Positions 28,204 through 41,576 of a DNA stretch of 64,000 nucleotides are shown piece after piece. The notes below the pieces were generated by a model, which was not told where the DNA came from, made no database searches, and worked only from the letters and a program-made list of their open reading frames with translations. How positions within the stretch are numbered: position 1 is the stretch's first letter; every line of letters starts with the position of its first letter. The DNA comes from Eledone cirrhosa. Lineage: Eukaryota. Location: positions 40,300,001-40,364,000 of the forward strand of contig OZ024749.1 in NCBI GenBank assembly GCA_964016885.1. The letters run 5' to 3'. A program made the position numbers and the translations under genes.

Positions 28204-28285
28204 TGCTTTGAGAGTAAAAAAAAAACTGCAGTTGATTGGTGGAAAAGGGGAAAACAAAAGCCGATTTCAGTGAATAAGCGAGATA
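28070..28285. repeat. Large inverted repeat centred on (CT)n(AT)n(AG)n, containing CCAAT motifs
   Basis: CGGCTTTTGTTTCCCCCTTTCCACCAATCAACTGCAG..ACTCTCAAAGCATC is mirrored by GATGCTTTGAGAGT..CTGCAGTTGATTGGTGGAAAAGGGGAAAACAAAAGCCG. Confidence 0.9.
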
Positions 28286-28741
28286 TATATATAAAGAGAG
28301 AGTGATATAGATATATATATAAAGAGAGAAAGAGTGATAGAGATAGATAGATATAAATATAGGGAGAGTGATAGATATATCTATATAGAAAGCCACTCCG
28401 CTTGACTGCTGTATCAAACTAGCATTAGTAGTGGTGAGTGAGTGTTTTGTTTGTAAGAAGGAGCCACCGTTGAACAACGGGAGAAGAGAGAGAGGAAGAG
28501 AGGCAGCAGGATTGACAGCCAGCAGTTTAAATCTAGTCACTCTGTGAGTTGTCGCCGTTGTAGAAGCATTATTACCAAAAATCTTGTTATTTACCCAAGA
28601 CAGACCTGTCTGCTTACACATTAAGAAAGAGTTGAGTGGATAAACTTTTTCCTAAACATTTTTTTTTTTTATCGTTATTATAAACTAACTAAATCTAGAT
28701 GTATTGAGTAGTAACAGCATAATTTCGGAGGTTGCTTTTAA

Positions 28742-28778
<37 letters not shown>

Positions 28779-29526
28779 CAAAGGAATAATCCAGCCTCAC
28801 TTCTCTCTCTCTCTCTACATATATATATATCTATATATATATATCTATATATATTACATATTTTTATACATATTTAGAAATATCTGACATATTTTGCTGC
28901 TTAACTTCTAAAAAGTTAGAAAAACTAAGAACTTAGCAATTTCAGCCAAACTCTATTGTATTTTCTTTGTCTACTCTTCATCTTGTCTAAGTATATGTAG
29001 TATATATACTTATATATATATAAGTATATATATATAATATATATATAAATATATATATATAATTTCTGTTTCTATATATATTTCTAATTCTTTGTATGTA
29101 TTTTATTTAATATGTAAAATAGTTTGAAACAATAATTAAGAATTTTTTTTTTTATGTTTTAAGATAAATCATTTTCTTCTTCCTTAAAATTCTATTTTTC
29201 TCTTTATTTTTTCACATTCTTTTAGCCTGATCTCTTGAATTTGGAAACCTATACAATCATCTTCATCCCATTTTCACGGATTAAAAGAATTTAAAAAAAA
29301 AAATTAAATACACCACCAAAGGAAATTTAACCAAACATATTTGACACCAAGTAAAGATATATATATTTAAAAAAAAAAAATTCTAAATTGAATCGAGTTC
29401 TTGCTCGATTCGAACCTATACCAAATTTAAGCGCCGACGTAAAAGGGGGGCGTGTCTGCGGGGAATTCCAGCCTCGTCTTCGATAACGCGTTGACATCAT
29501 TATTACTGTGACCGCTGTAGAAAAAG

Positions 29527-29551
29527 ATGGCAGCAGCGAACGATTCTCCAT
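29527..29551 (+). CDS. Putative first coding exon of an unidentified host gene (MAAANDSP, phase-1 intron)
   Basis: AAGATGGCAGC start context and consensus donor GTAAGT at 29552, followed by T-rich intron-like DNA. Upstream is a CpG-richer, repeat-free stretch. No downstream exon identified. Confidence 0.45.
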
Positions 29552-31760
29552 GTAAGTATTAAAACAATTTTACTTTTTTGTTTTTTCCTTTTCATTTTTT
29601 TCCCCTAAAATCATCTTTCTTTTTTACAATTAAGATTTTTATTTTCATTATCGCTTTCTAAATTAATTTTTCGAAAAAATATTTTTTTACTTAGTGATAA
29701 ATTTATTTTCCATTTTCGATATGGAATCAAACATTTTATTCAAGATTTGGCGAGAGAAAAATCCCAAAAATCTTTTTCGGAAAAGCTGTAATTAGTTTTA
29801 ATCTTATAAAGTATAATTTATTACACACTGATTGGGTTTTTCTTTGACTTTAACAAACAAAAAATGACATCAAATTTTATTTAAATTCTTTAAAAATTTT
29901 AACAAACTTGAAAAAAAAAACTTGAAGTAATGTTAGATTTCTTTACCGTTTCCTTATTTTATTTTTCATTGACAAGAAAATCTCAAATCATTCACTACAT
30001 TGTTTTAACTTTATAAAACCAAAGATGCGGCGCCCTCCGCTAAAACTCGCTTTCTTTCTTTCTGTTTCGTTCTGTCTCTCTCTCTCCTTTCTAGTCTCAA
30101 AAGCCGCACGTTGTGCGCGCGCTCTCACGCACTTCTGAACTTAACATAAATTATGCTCTGTTAAAAGCTATTTAACAAGACAAAGCTTAGCTTGTTCGCC
30201 GCAAAATTTTTTTCGGTTTTTCTTTTTTTTAGTTTTATTCGCTAAGTATTTTTACTTAAAAAAAAACTCTTAAATAGTAATCTTTGGGTTGTCAATTTTT
30301 AGGGCTTTCATGCATCAAATTATATATGTAATTTGATGTATGAAAACCCGGGTTTACATGTATTAACATATTTTTCTTTCCTTAAAGTATGGTATATGAT
30401 TGAATAAAGGTTTTACTAGTTTTTAACATCTTATCCATATCTGTGGATGCTTTAGAAACTGACTTCGAGATTTCGGTTTTAAATGTTTCAACTACTGTAT
30501 GTAATGGTTAAAAAAGAAATTATAGACAGTTGTCACTTAATATCTTGTTGACAATATATATCTTATATATGTATAGTGTGTGTATATACTTTATAAAATA
30601 TATTTGGCAGAGGGTTAAAATGTTTTTTTTATTCACTGGATGAGATCTATATGGATGACACTTCAAAATGTTGTCAGGGCTGCTTGTTTTAACCGGAGTG
30701 TGTGTGTGTGTGTTGTAAATGTCCCCATCTTTTTCTATTTGCTATATAGCTTCTATGGGAAGCAAAAACAACAAAAAACAAAGAAGTATACTTTGTTCCC
30801 TGCGCGCCTAACTCGTCAGATGACAAGCCTCTGACGGAGATTACTGAAGCCGGGTGTGTGTGTGCAGAGAGAGAAAGAGAGGGTCCTACGGTGGTAGCAA
30901 GAAGCAGCTGAAAAGGACCCCCCTCTTCTTCCTACATTATCAATGTACTGTCATAAATAGATAAATATATAATTAATTGTAAAATATATTAAAATCCTAA
31001 ACTGTCACGTGATTCAAAAGCCATTTTTATCATTTTATAAAATTGTTCAAATACCGCCCTATATGATCTTTGAATAAAACTAGTTTAGACAGTTGACACT
31101 GAAAGCTGTTAAGAATAAATTTTATATTTAACCCTTTTGTGACCATATTTCTGACAAGAGTATACTGACAGCTTTTATTTTAATTATCAAAATAATTGTC
31201 AAGAGCTTGGTGAAATAATTAAGACAAATACTTAATTACTGAAATTTATAATAAATTAGAATTTATAATAAAATTGAATTTAAATTTGAAAACTTTAATA
31301 GGTGTGGTTTGAAGAAGGGTTGCCGTTTAAGTGTTTATTCCTTATAATACGGTGGCCTCGGTCGGTCTCTTTCACGCTGACATGATGTTGTACATAAATT
31401 TTCTGGGCTTTTCCTTTTAGTTGAACGAACTCCAAATTCATTGTGTGGATGACTGTATCTGCTACTGTCTGTCATGTGAAACTACTGTGCGCGCGTGTGA
31501 GTAGCTGTGTAATTGTAGTTGTATAGCAGTATGTATGTTTCACTTTATATATTAAAGGCTTCGTATGTCAGCTTTTGTCTTAAAAACCACTGCAAACTTT
31601 TTCATTAATTTAAATTAACAAAAGACAGTCTTTACTAAATATGCATTTAGTAAGAACTTTTAAAAATCTTAATCCATACGTGTGATGGAGAGATGTGAAT
31701 ATTAATCCCTGGTAATTTTGCCGAAATGTCTCTAGTCGTATAAATGTTGCCCCTCCTTTT

Positions 31761-31982
31761 TTAACCCTTTTATGACAATATTTCTAATGAAATCTTTCGT
31801 TTTAATTATTGAAGAATTTGGAAGGATTTATTAAAAGGGCTTCATTAAAATAGTGTGTAGCATACATAAGATTTCGAAAGGTCTTTCCTTATAAAATTAT
31901 ATCGGTTTTTTTTTTTTTTTTTCATTTAAATATCTCTTTAAAATAGAGGCGGTTTTGGACGGGATAGCATGAAAGGAGTTAA
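31761..31982. mobile_element. Old TTAA-flanked MITE (piggyBac-like termini)
   Basis: TTAA CCCTTTTATG ... CATGAAAGGAG TTAA. Related starts TTAACCCTTT at ~25182, 31128, 32199, 37946. Confidence 0.5.
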
Positions 31983-33087
31983 TCCTTCATAGAATGTCAA
32001 GATTCTTGACCATATGTATTGCTTAGAATTCCATAAGTTTTTTAATCTCTGGTTCAAATTGCTACTGAAATCTGTCAGAAATTAACTTCGTCTTAAATTA
32101 TCTTAAAACAAAGTATTCGATTAAAATCAACCCAATGTATTTAATTTTAATTTTATCAGTAAAATTATATTTTATATAAAAATATATTTCACTGTTATTT
32201 AACCCTTATGATACCGCCCTTGATTGTATGATAGAAAAATTGCCCGTTTTAAAGTATTCATATTTATCTAAAACTTCCCATCATTTTATGCAAGGACCCT
32301 TTAAGTTCAAAAACCAGTTTATTAAAAATGTATTAAATTCCTTCAAATTCTTGTTTTCAAAATTATTTGAATCATCATTGGCATGAGAAATATAGTAATG
32401 AAAGATTTAAATTAAAATATCCTCGGATTTTTTTTTTTTTCCTGGTACGATGAGAGGATTTGAACTTGCGATTTTAAAGTGGAAGGCTTTCACTGATTCA
32501 TCGTGCCAGTTTCTTTGTTCTGTTCCGCTAACATTTTGGTGAAAGGAAGATGGAGGAAGTGAGAGGGTGAATAGCAAGGAAAGTGGCGACAAATTAGAAT
32601 GTCCATCACCTGGTCCTATGTTCAGCCAGCGTTGGCTCAATTGTCAGTTTTGTTTTCGTTTTTTTTTTTTTTTTTCTCTGAGGATAAAAAGGGGTTATTT
32701 GTTGGGTGGTGGGTGAGATTTTTCATGTTCATTTAAAGAGAAAAGCGGGGGTGTCGGATCAAATTTATAAAACATTTTATTTTATCACATACACACACAT
32801 ACATACATACATACATGTACATACACACACAGCTTAATTAATTAAAACAGCTATAATTTTAAAGAAATAGGTTGAGTTAATTATGAACATTTATATACTG
32901 GGAAAGGAGGGGGGACGGTAAGACGGTATGTGATGAACATGTATGACTTTCTTTTCAGTAAAAATATATTTTAATGTTCTGAGACTTCTATTGTAAAAAC
33001 ATTAACCTTAGGCAAGAAACTCGACTCTCATTTTCCTACAAATGTCTGTCATGTGTGGGAACCCATCATTCTAAATCTAGAAGCACC

Positions 33088-33126
<39 letters not shown>

Positions 33127-33369
33127 ATGTAATATATACTCTTAAAAATTCATTCTTTAGGGGGGTTTAATCCTTTCCTAGTTTCACCACCACCACTTAT
33201 TACTACTACTACTGCTACTATTGCTACTGCTACTTTCCTGAGTTTTACCGCTCCGACTACTACCACCATCCTCACCCCCTCCCCTTTTTCTAAATAGATT
33301 CTCAAGCTTTCCGCCGCCACCTTCGCCATCTCCATCCTGTTCTCACACTGTTATTACTGTCACTACTGC

Positions 33370-33402
<33 letters not shown>

Positions 33403-33488
33403 CTACTACTACCGTCGCCACCACCATCACACACACATCTACTCAACCTCCTCCTTCCTATTGCCGTTAACTGAGTTGATACCGGTAG

Positions 33489-33524
<36 letters not shown>

Positions 33525-34704
33525 CATAATACTGCCAGCTTCTTTCTCTTTAACTTACCCTCTCTCTCTCTCTGCCTCACACACAAACATAGCCCGATCC
33601 TTCATCCATCTGTCAAGTTCTGTGACGAAGGCTTGCTATCACAGAATCACACGCCATACAGTACACACGCATCTTTACAGCAAAAGGTAGAGAGGTGGCG
33701 GGGGGGGGGGGCTTTCAGAGCGTGTGCTTGTCTGTCGCTCTGGAAGAAAAAACTAAGACAAGTCCCTATTTCAAAATCCACCTCTTTTGTCAATCATGGG
33801 GGGGGGGGGTGGACAGACCCGGAGACCTTAGCCCCTTGGTTTGTTTTTCTGTGTATTCCCTACTTGATTTTCTTTTTGCTGATTCCATAGGGAGAATAAA
33901 GCTAGTTTGCTAGCTTGCTGCTGCTACTACTACTACTACTGTTCTGTGGTAGTGGTCTCCTCTTCCTTCTCCTTATCTCCTTCCTCCTCTTCCTTCGTCT
34001 CCAACCAATATTTTAAGGTAATTGTAAATAGGTACTCTCTTCTAGTCCTCTTTCCCTTTCACCACCACCACCACCACCACCACATGAAATTCATAGTCTC
34101 CCCCACTGTCATCTCCGCTCTCAACACCACCACCATCACTAATACTACAAAAGTTTGTACTCTCCTCACCACCACCAATACTACTAGTTTAAATCAGGTA
34201 CCGGGAGAGGGAGTTTTTTTTTTTCACGTGCTCGCTCGATTTGCTAGAAATAACCAAAACCTTTTGTCCCTTTTCTCCACGAAAAAAGGACTTAGTAAAG
34301 GCGGGATTGTCATGACTGGATTGTCACGCCAATGATCAGTCAGATGAATCGGGGTCGATCTAGGACTAAAACAACTACCACCACAGTCGTCTTATCAAGT
34401 CAGAATGGAAACCGCGCCTCTACAGCAACTACAAAGTAAAGCCAATACTATGCAGCAGTAATTTCTAATAGTGAGCTCTACTCCTCTCTCTCTCTAATAC
34501 TACAGACCCACTTCTCGCAAGATATTGCATACGCTGATTGCTGGAGATTGAAGCAAATTTAGCTTTGTCTGTTCCTCTGGAAATTGCAGCAACCTTAGCT
34601 TTGTCTCTGGAAATTGTAGCAAAATAGCTTTCGCTTTCTCCCTCTTTCTTTCTCTTTTCTTTCTTTCTTTCTTTCTCTTTCTTTCTTTCTCTTTTTTTCT
34701 TTCT

Positions 34705-34874
34705 CTCTCTCCTGTAACAACCTTAGTTCTCTGCGATGTCTCTCCTCTCCTTGAGAGAGAGGGAAACATCGAAGCATATTCTCTCTCTCTCTCTCTCTCT
34801 CTCCTGTAACAACCTTAGTTCTCTCTGCGATGTCTCTCCTCTCCTTGAGAGAGAGAGGGAAACATTGAAGCATA
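34705..34874. repeat. Local tandem duplication (~92-bp period)
   Basis: CCTGTAACAACCTTAGTTCTCTGCGATGTCTCTCCTCTCCTTGAGAGAGAGGGAAACAT occurs twice. Confidence 0.9.
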
Positions 34875-36714
34875 CTTAGCTTTGCCTCTTTCTGACAAAC
34901 CCTCTCTAAAGAGTGTAGCAAACCTGGCTTCCCTTGTTTCTCTCCTTTCTTTCTCCCTCTGGGCTGGAGATTATATTAACTTTATACATTTATAAAGGAA
35001 TAAACCCTTTTTCTTGCCGTTTTTCTCAATTATTATAGTTTCTATTTCGCGGTACCTAAAATCAGCTCTCCTCGAGTGAATGACATTCCAAGCATCTCAT
35101 TTATTAGTATATATTCAGGACTACACTATACAATAGAAAATGTTAGCGGGAGATTCACTTCACCTATTTTTAGCACATCGAGCGCCTAGCTGTCTTCCTT
35201 TTCCTCGTTTATTCTCTTTTGTTGGAATGTCCGTCTTCAGTAAATTGTTCTCCCTATTTTCCCCCTCGTTGTTTGATTTACTGCGAATATTTTCCCGTAC
35301 CTGCAATAAACTATTTTGATAACTCTTTCGTCTTGTTCCATTCATTTTCCTGTCAAGATTGATGATTCTGCTAAATGTCAATATATTATTCATGTAATAA
35401 ATCATGTTTTAAACACCAAACTTATCGAGAAAATTTATTAAAGCACGCCCCACCGTACCCTACCCAATTTGATTATTTTCAAAATGATTTGACAATCACG
35501 GGCGTTGTCTTAAATTAAAAATATCTTCGTCACCCACTTATTCCCGAGAGGGTCGTGAAGGAAGAGTCCTCAAACATGTCAGAGGCAACCGTTTCCAACT
35601 GGTCCCGTTGGATCCCCAAACGAGACCAGCTGAGCTCATGTATGTTATCCAACCGTCTTGCTAGGGGTCTTGTCTCCTGTCGGCTGGTTTTACTCGTAAA
35701 ATCTGTACAGCGATTCTTTCCTGGGATATTCTAAATATGCTAAGGAAAATGTTACATCACCCACGCCTCTACTTAATTTTATGGGTGTGAAAGAAATGAC
35801 AAAACTCGGGTCAAAAACTAAACTTTTAAATCCTTTCGCTCACAACTTGAACCACTGAAATAAAGTAGTATCTAAGTTCAAATACTAAACAATGTAGTAG
35901 TCGTTTCTACCAAATCAAAGCTGACATTCTCCAATCTGTTCTTTAACATTATACAACTGTTGTAAGGGCATCGTGGTACTGTGATAACTTGTCAGTGTCA
36001 GTTTTTAAGGTAGCTAACAGTTCAAAACCCCAGCTGAAACCCCTGAAATGTTGACACTTTTCATGTTAATATGGACAGGGGAGATGAGGTGACGTCATTT
36101 GTTTTGCCTTTCCTTCCGGGGTCGATAAAATGAAGTACCAGTCAGATACTGTGATCAGATTCAACCCTCTGGGGGGGGGGGGGGACTACTATATTGCGGG
36201 GGGGGGTAAATTTTGGGGTTTTCTCATAAATTAGGTAACAGTTCAAATCCCAGTTGGAATCCCGTTAATATATTTTTTGTCTTTAATGTTAATTTAAAGA
36301 GTAGGAAGGGAAAGGGTGACGAGTGACAGTTCCCATATCTTTCTCCATCCTGTCACACGCGCGCACACCATTTTTTTGTTTTCTTCCCGACAATGAATCT
36401 CTAATTTATTCCATTAATAGTGAATGTGGATATCAACGAACATATGGTTGATTTTAATTAGATATTTCATGTGGATTGTCATATTGTGGCGACATGTGAC
36501 TGTCATACGATCGATGGATGTTGAAGCAGGGTGGTGGTGGTGGTGGTGTGTATATATATATAATGTACGTGGATGCTGAGATAGGTGGTAGTTGTGGTGG
36601 GGATGATGTATAGATTATGGAGGACGTGATGGAATTGGATGACTGACTAGATGGGTGATAAGATCTTATATTCATATGCCACCTACATATACATCCTACA
36701 ATGTTGACAGATAA

Positions 36715-36790
36715 TACGTTTTACGGTCGGATGCCCTTTCTGACACCAACCCCTTTTGTCGCCTCTTATGACACGCAGGGATACGGGGCT
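36715..36790. mobile_element. RTE-related terminal fragment
   Basis: TTTTACGGTCGGATGCCCTTTCTGACACCAACC and GTCGCCTCTTATGACACGCA resemble RTE-associated end sequences (from recall). A related motif is at ~49150-49185. Confidence 0.4.
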
Positions 36791-39700
36791 AGCTTTTTTT
36801 TAAAAAAAACCCAAGGAGACACGCGAAGGGGTGTGTAAGAAGGAACTAAGAACTGAGCGAAGATAACAAGAACCGATTCGGGTAGAAGGCGTTTAAGAGC
36901 TGGGTATGAATAAGATATGACTGGGTAGAAATTGTGGGTAGACAGCTGTTGAGATGGGTAATGTGAGAATCTGATATTTAATCTAACTGAAATATTTCGG
37001 AATTTTTCATATTTCAGATATCATAGATATGACATGTGTATGTTTAGTCACATGTGCGCCGCTTAACTACCGGTGCTGTTTGACGTGTAACACAAGTTTC
37101 ACAATATTTAAAGGGCTGATGTCGATATGATCGACCTTTTGATAGCACCATCATAGTCTCAGTCCAATGACTAAAACTAGTAAAAGTTTATATATTAGAG
37201 TTTTACAATTATTCACTGATCTTCCGAAACTCGGAATGAAACAGCACTAGTCCTGTAGAAGTCATTTTGAAATTAAATTAAATGCAATGCAAGATATAGG
37301 TTTGGATCTGCAAACGTGTGCGTGCGCGCGCGCAATATAGTTTTTCATAGCGTTCCATATTGTAAGGAACTGAATTCTTTAAACTACCATGTTGCTACTA
37401 CAGAATTGGTGGCAGTGACAATGTTTGCTATCAATGCTACTTATTTAGACAATCCGGCATCGTCTTGCCAGTTTGACACATGCCACAAATTTTGGCACTT
37501 GGCCTGTTAAATATATTTATTTATCAAAAACTTCCGCCACTCCCACCATCGGCACTGGTGGTATTTTTTTTTTTTTTTTTTGTCATGGACAATATTTTCG
37601 CTTTTGTGTCGCCAATTTTTTTTTTTTTTTTTTTTTTATTTTTTTTTTACAAATCTTTTTTTCTACTAAAATTAAAATAGTTGTAAATAAATAAGCCTAA
37701 TTTCTATATATATATATATATATAATTTTTTTTTTTTTTTTTTTTTTTTTCTATACAATGTAATGGATTTTGTGTTGGTTTGAGGCGAGGTGGGGGATTT
37801 TTGTACATTTCTAAATCTAAATGAACGTTTTTCAGAACAGCTTTCTTTTTTTGAGGGGGATTTGCGAAAATGGCGCAAAACTATTCTTACATTGGTTTTC
37901 TTCAGCTAGGAACCTCAACCATACCATTTCATTATTAAGCAGATATTAACCCATTTCGTACCAAATTGTTAGAAACCGTCCTAGTTTCTATGAATCGAAG
38001 CTATTTTCAAGTATATGCTGCAAACACCTGCTTTTTTTTTTTTTATTACAACCATCTGCTATGGGCTGTCACTCTTTCAATCATGTAATTATGATGAATC
38101 AGCAAATATTTAATTTTTAAGGAGATAACTAGATTTTTAATTCTCAATACATTCAATTTCAACTTGGTATGGCAAAAGAAACTTCATGTTTGTCATATTT
38201 TTAATTTTCTTGAACCATCTTCATCCGTAATAAACTAGCTGTTTTACGATCGTATACAATCCATGATTTGTTCCATTATAACTCTGCGATCTAATCTCAC
38301 CCTGCTCCCTAAATACCACACCCACCTGTTACCTTTATTTTTCAGTGCTACTTTGTATCGTAAGGTGCAAATTACAGTAGTTTCTTTAAAATACCTTTGT
38401 CAATCACTAAACTTAACATTATCAGATCAATTTCATAAAGAGAACGATTTTCCAAAAAGTAGCAATTATTAACACTTTTGTTTGTATTTCTAATGGAAGA
38501 CACTGCCAGTGGGTCGAATACAATTAGTTTTGAAAATAATCAGTTTTGAACTGCTTTGGAACATAACTTAACAAAGGTTATCTAAAGTTATGGTAGCTTT
38601 CAATATAGGTGTGAACACTTTAAAACAGTTTTGTATCATAGAACCACGGGAGAGAGGCGTGTTGGTATCGAAAGGGTCAAAGTAGCTTCAATATGAAAAT
38701 ATTGCGAGTAGATTTACATATGCGTAAATCGGTATAAATTTTTGTTGAGAATTAAATATTTCAATGGGATTCTAACCTAATTAATATTTAAAGTGGGAAG
38801 TGTCCCAGATTAATGATAGTAGCATCCAGTAGTGAGAGTAGCGTTGTCTACTACATGCAACCAAATATGGCAGCCTTGTATCAAACCGGCTTTTTTTGCA
38901 CTTGTCAGTGCCTTAAACTGAATGCCAGTGAAAGTAGTTTCGATATTAATAAAAAAAAAGTGTTCATACTACTACATACGAAAACTGACAGGGATGAGGC
39001 GGGGAGAAACGTAAAAGGAACGAAATAAAATGTTGTCTTCGTTCCTTGAAGACTCGGTTTAAGCTGAATGTTCATTGGAGAGGTACAGCTTATTTCATTA
39101 TATACAACTTGGATGCTTTAAGTAAATGCTATGGAAACCTCGATGCAATTTACATACATGCACACACACACATACACATATATATGAATTTATTGATGTC
39201 GTATAGTTGCATGAAAGCTGTGAGTCTATATCTGGGTTAAACCGATCAAAACTTGATACACGAAATGAGTTCGTTGTCAGTGACAATTAATAATTCGATT
39301 TTGGAAGGGTTTTGAACATAAAACAGACACCGACAGTTCGGACAGAAAATAACACACACACACACACACACCACATAGTTCTTCTAGAGCTGTCTCTTAA
39401 TAGATCAAAAATCGAACTTCTTCCACGCGATAACCGGCAAAACTAACTCAACGAGGCTTCCTCGTCATGAAATAATTAAGACATGGCCTCTAATTAGCTA
39501 TCATTTTCCTTTCCATAATTAGAACCTTCTAGTGATGCGTTCATGTTTGAATGTCCAGCCATTACGCTAATATACACGGTGGACCATAATTATACAAAGC
39601 TTTACAGTTAGGAAATGGGAATTAGTTTTAAAATCACTGACATTAAATTTAAATCCAAAATAGGCAGTTCAAACATGGTTTTTTTTCTAGTTACATTAAG

Positions 39701-40564
39701 TTTAAAATGTTATCCGTTTGCAAACACGCCATTCTTTCTTTGAAATTAGTATGCTAGTTGTGGTAGTGTGTGTATGTGTCCATACTCTAGAATGTCATGT
39801 CATGTTAATGATCTTCAAAAACCTGGTTTTGTAAGGACTTGAAAGGAAGAGGGGGCGGGTAGCTTTAGGGGGTTTAGATGAGTGTATACTGATGCTGTGG
39901 CAACAGGAATTTTCATGGGGGAAAAAAATATATTGTTAGCCATCACTTAATGGAAGAATTGTCGCTGATCACGTGACGCTGAACACTCGTGATGACTGTC
40001 AGATGAGATCAGAATAATGCAAATGACCAGATATTAAATCACCTAGAGGCCTCGCTTTCTCTTTCTCCCCATTTACACGCACGCACATGGATTGTACGAC
40101 ATTAAAATATTTTCTTAATTGATATTTAAACGCGAAATTGGTAGAAGTACCATTACTGTAATATACAGCACGTGGTACAAACTCCCGGCGAATGTCTTGC
40201 GCTGCCGGTTTCAATTTTCGATCGGTTGGACTCCTTTCGTTGGTGTCCACTCTCGGCCGTCTTGTTCTACCCTTGATCCCATCCATCATACATTCATTCT
40301 CTCACCCTTGTCCGTCCATCTCTCTTCCCCCAGAATTCCTAATGACTGTAACTAGAATATTTAAGCCCGGTAATTACATCTTCTGCCACAGATTCTTGAC
40401 TTGACTGACGGGAGATAAAACTGTGGGTGGTAAAGTAGTGTAGGTGTAGATAGATGTGGGTGGTAATAATGTAGATAGATTTGTGGAAGTGGTGGTGGGG
40501 TGTGTGGGTGTAGAAAGATGTGAATGGATCTATAGGTGGTGATGAGGGGTATAGATGTAAATGT

Positions 40565-40737
40565 ATGATTTCTAATTTAAGTACGAGGCCAGCAATTGTG
40601 GAGGAGGAATAGGTTATATCGATCCCAATACTTGATTGGTATTTTATTTTAACGAATCGAGAAGGGTGAAAGGCAAAACTGACCTCGGTGGGATTTGAAC
40701 TAAGATCCTGAATGGTTGGAATTAGATGCCTCAAAGC
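40565..40737 (-). mobile_element. Diverged SINE family 1
   Basis: GAAAGGCAAAACTGACCTCGGTGGGATTTGAACT and AGGCCAGCAATT. Confidence 0.75.
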
Positions 40738-41534
40738 ACCATCATAAATGCCTATCCACCATCATAAATGTATGAATAATGATGAGCACTAGATTAGAAG
40801 CCCTTTAATAATTCCTCCATAAATCCCTTAAACTAACTGATTTCTATTATATTCCGCTCTTTTGCCCTCCGCCGCCGCTGCTGTCGTCTTCTACCAACTA
40901 ACGTTAGACCAAACCCAAAGAAGCAACAAAACCACACACACAGTAGTTGTCGTTGCCAGTGGATTTCAGATATATTTCTGTTTAGATGTGGTGATGGTGC
41001 TAGCAGAGATGGCAGTGTTAGTAGTAGCATTGGTGGTGGAGACGGTAGTTAGCAGTGGTAATAATAGTAGTAGTGACGGTTGTACTGTTAGTAGTAGCTG
41101 CAGTGATGGGGATGATGCTAGCTGTGGTTTTTGGTGAATGCAAGAAAGAAGCATTATTAAAGCAACCTAAAACTGCTAACTATATATTATATAGCTATAT
41201 ATTATAGATGCTGCTCTATCGTTATATATTATATATATAGTTCTTGCTGTTATACAGTATATAGTTGGTATTATATGGAAGAAAATAAAGGCGACACTTG
41301 TTGCTTCAAAATTTTTCCTCTGACGAACTAACGCTACGACTGCCTGCCTCTTTTTTTTTTCTTTATACAACAGCCAAGCATCAACCATTCCTTATACGAA
41401 GCACTGCTCTCTTGCCATCTCTTTTTTTTTTTCTTTTCTCTTGCAATTTCTATCTTTTTATCTCTCTCTCTCTCTCTCTCTCATACACAAGTCAAACATC
41501 TAGCGTTTCATAAACGAACACACACACATCCATA

Positions 41535-41576
<42 letters not shown>

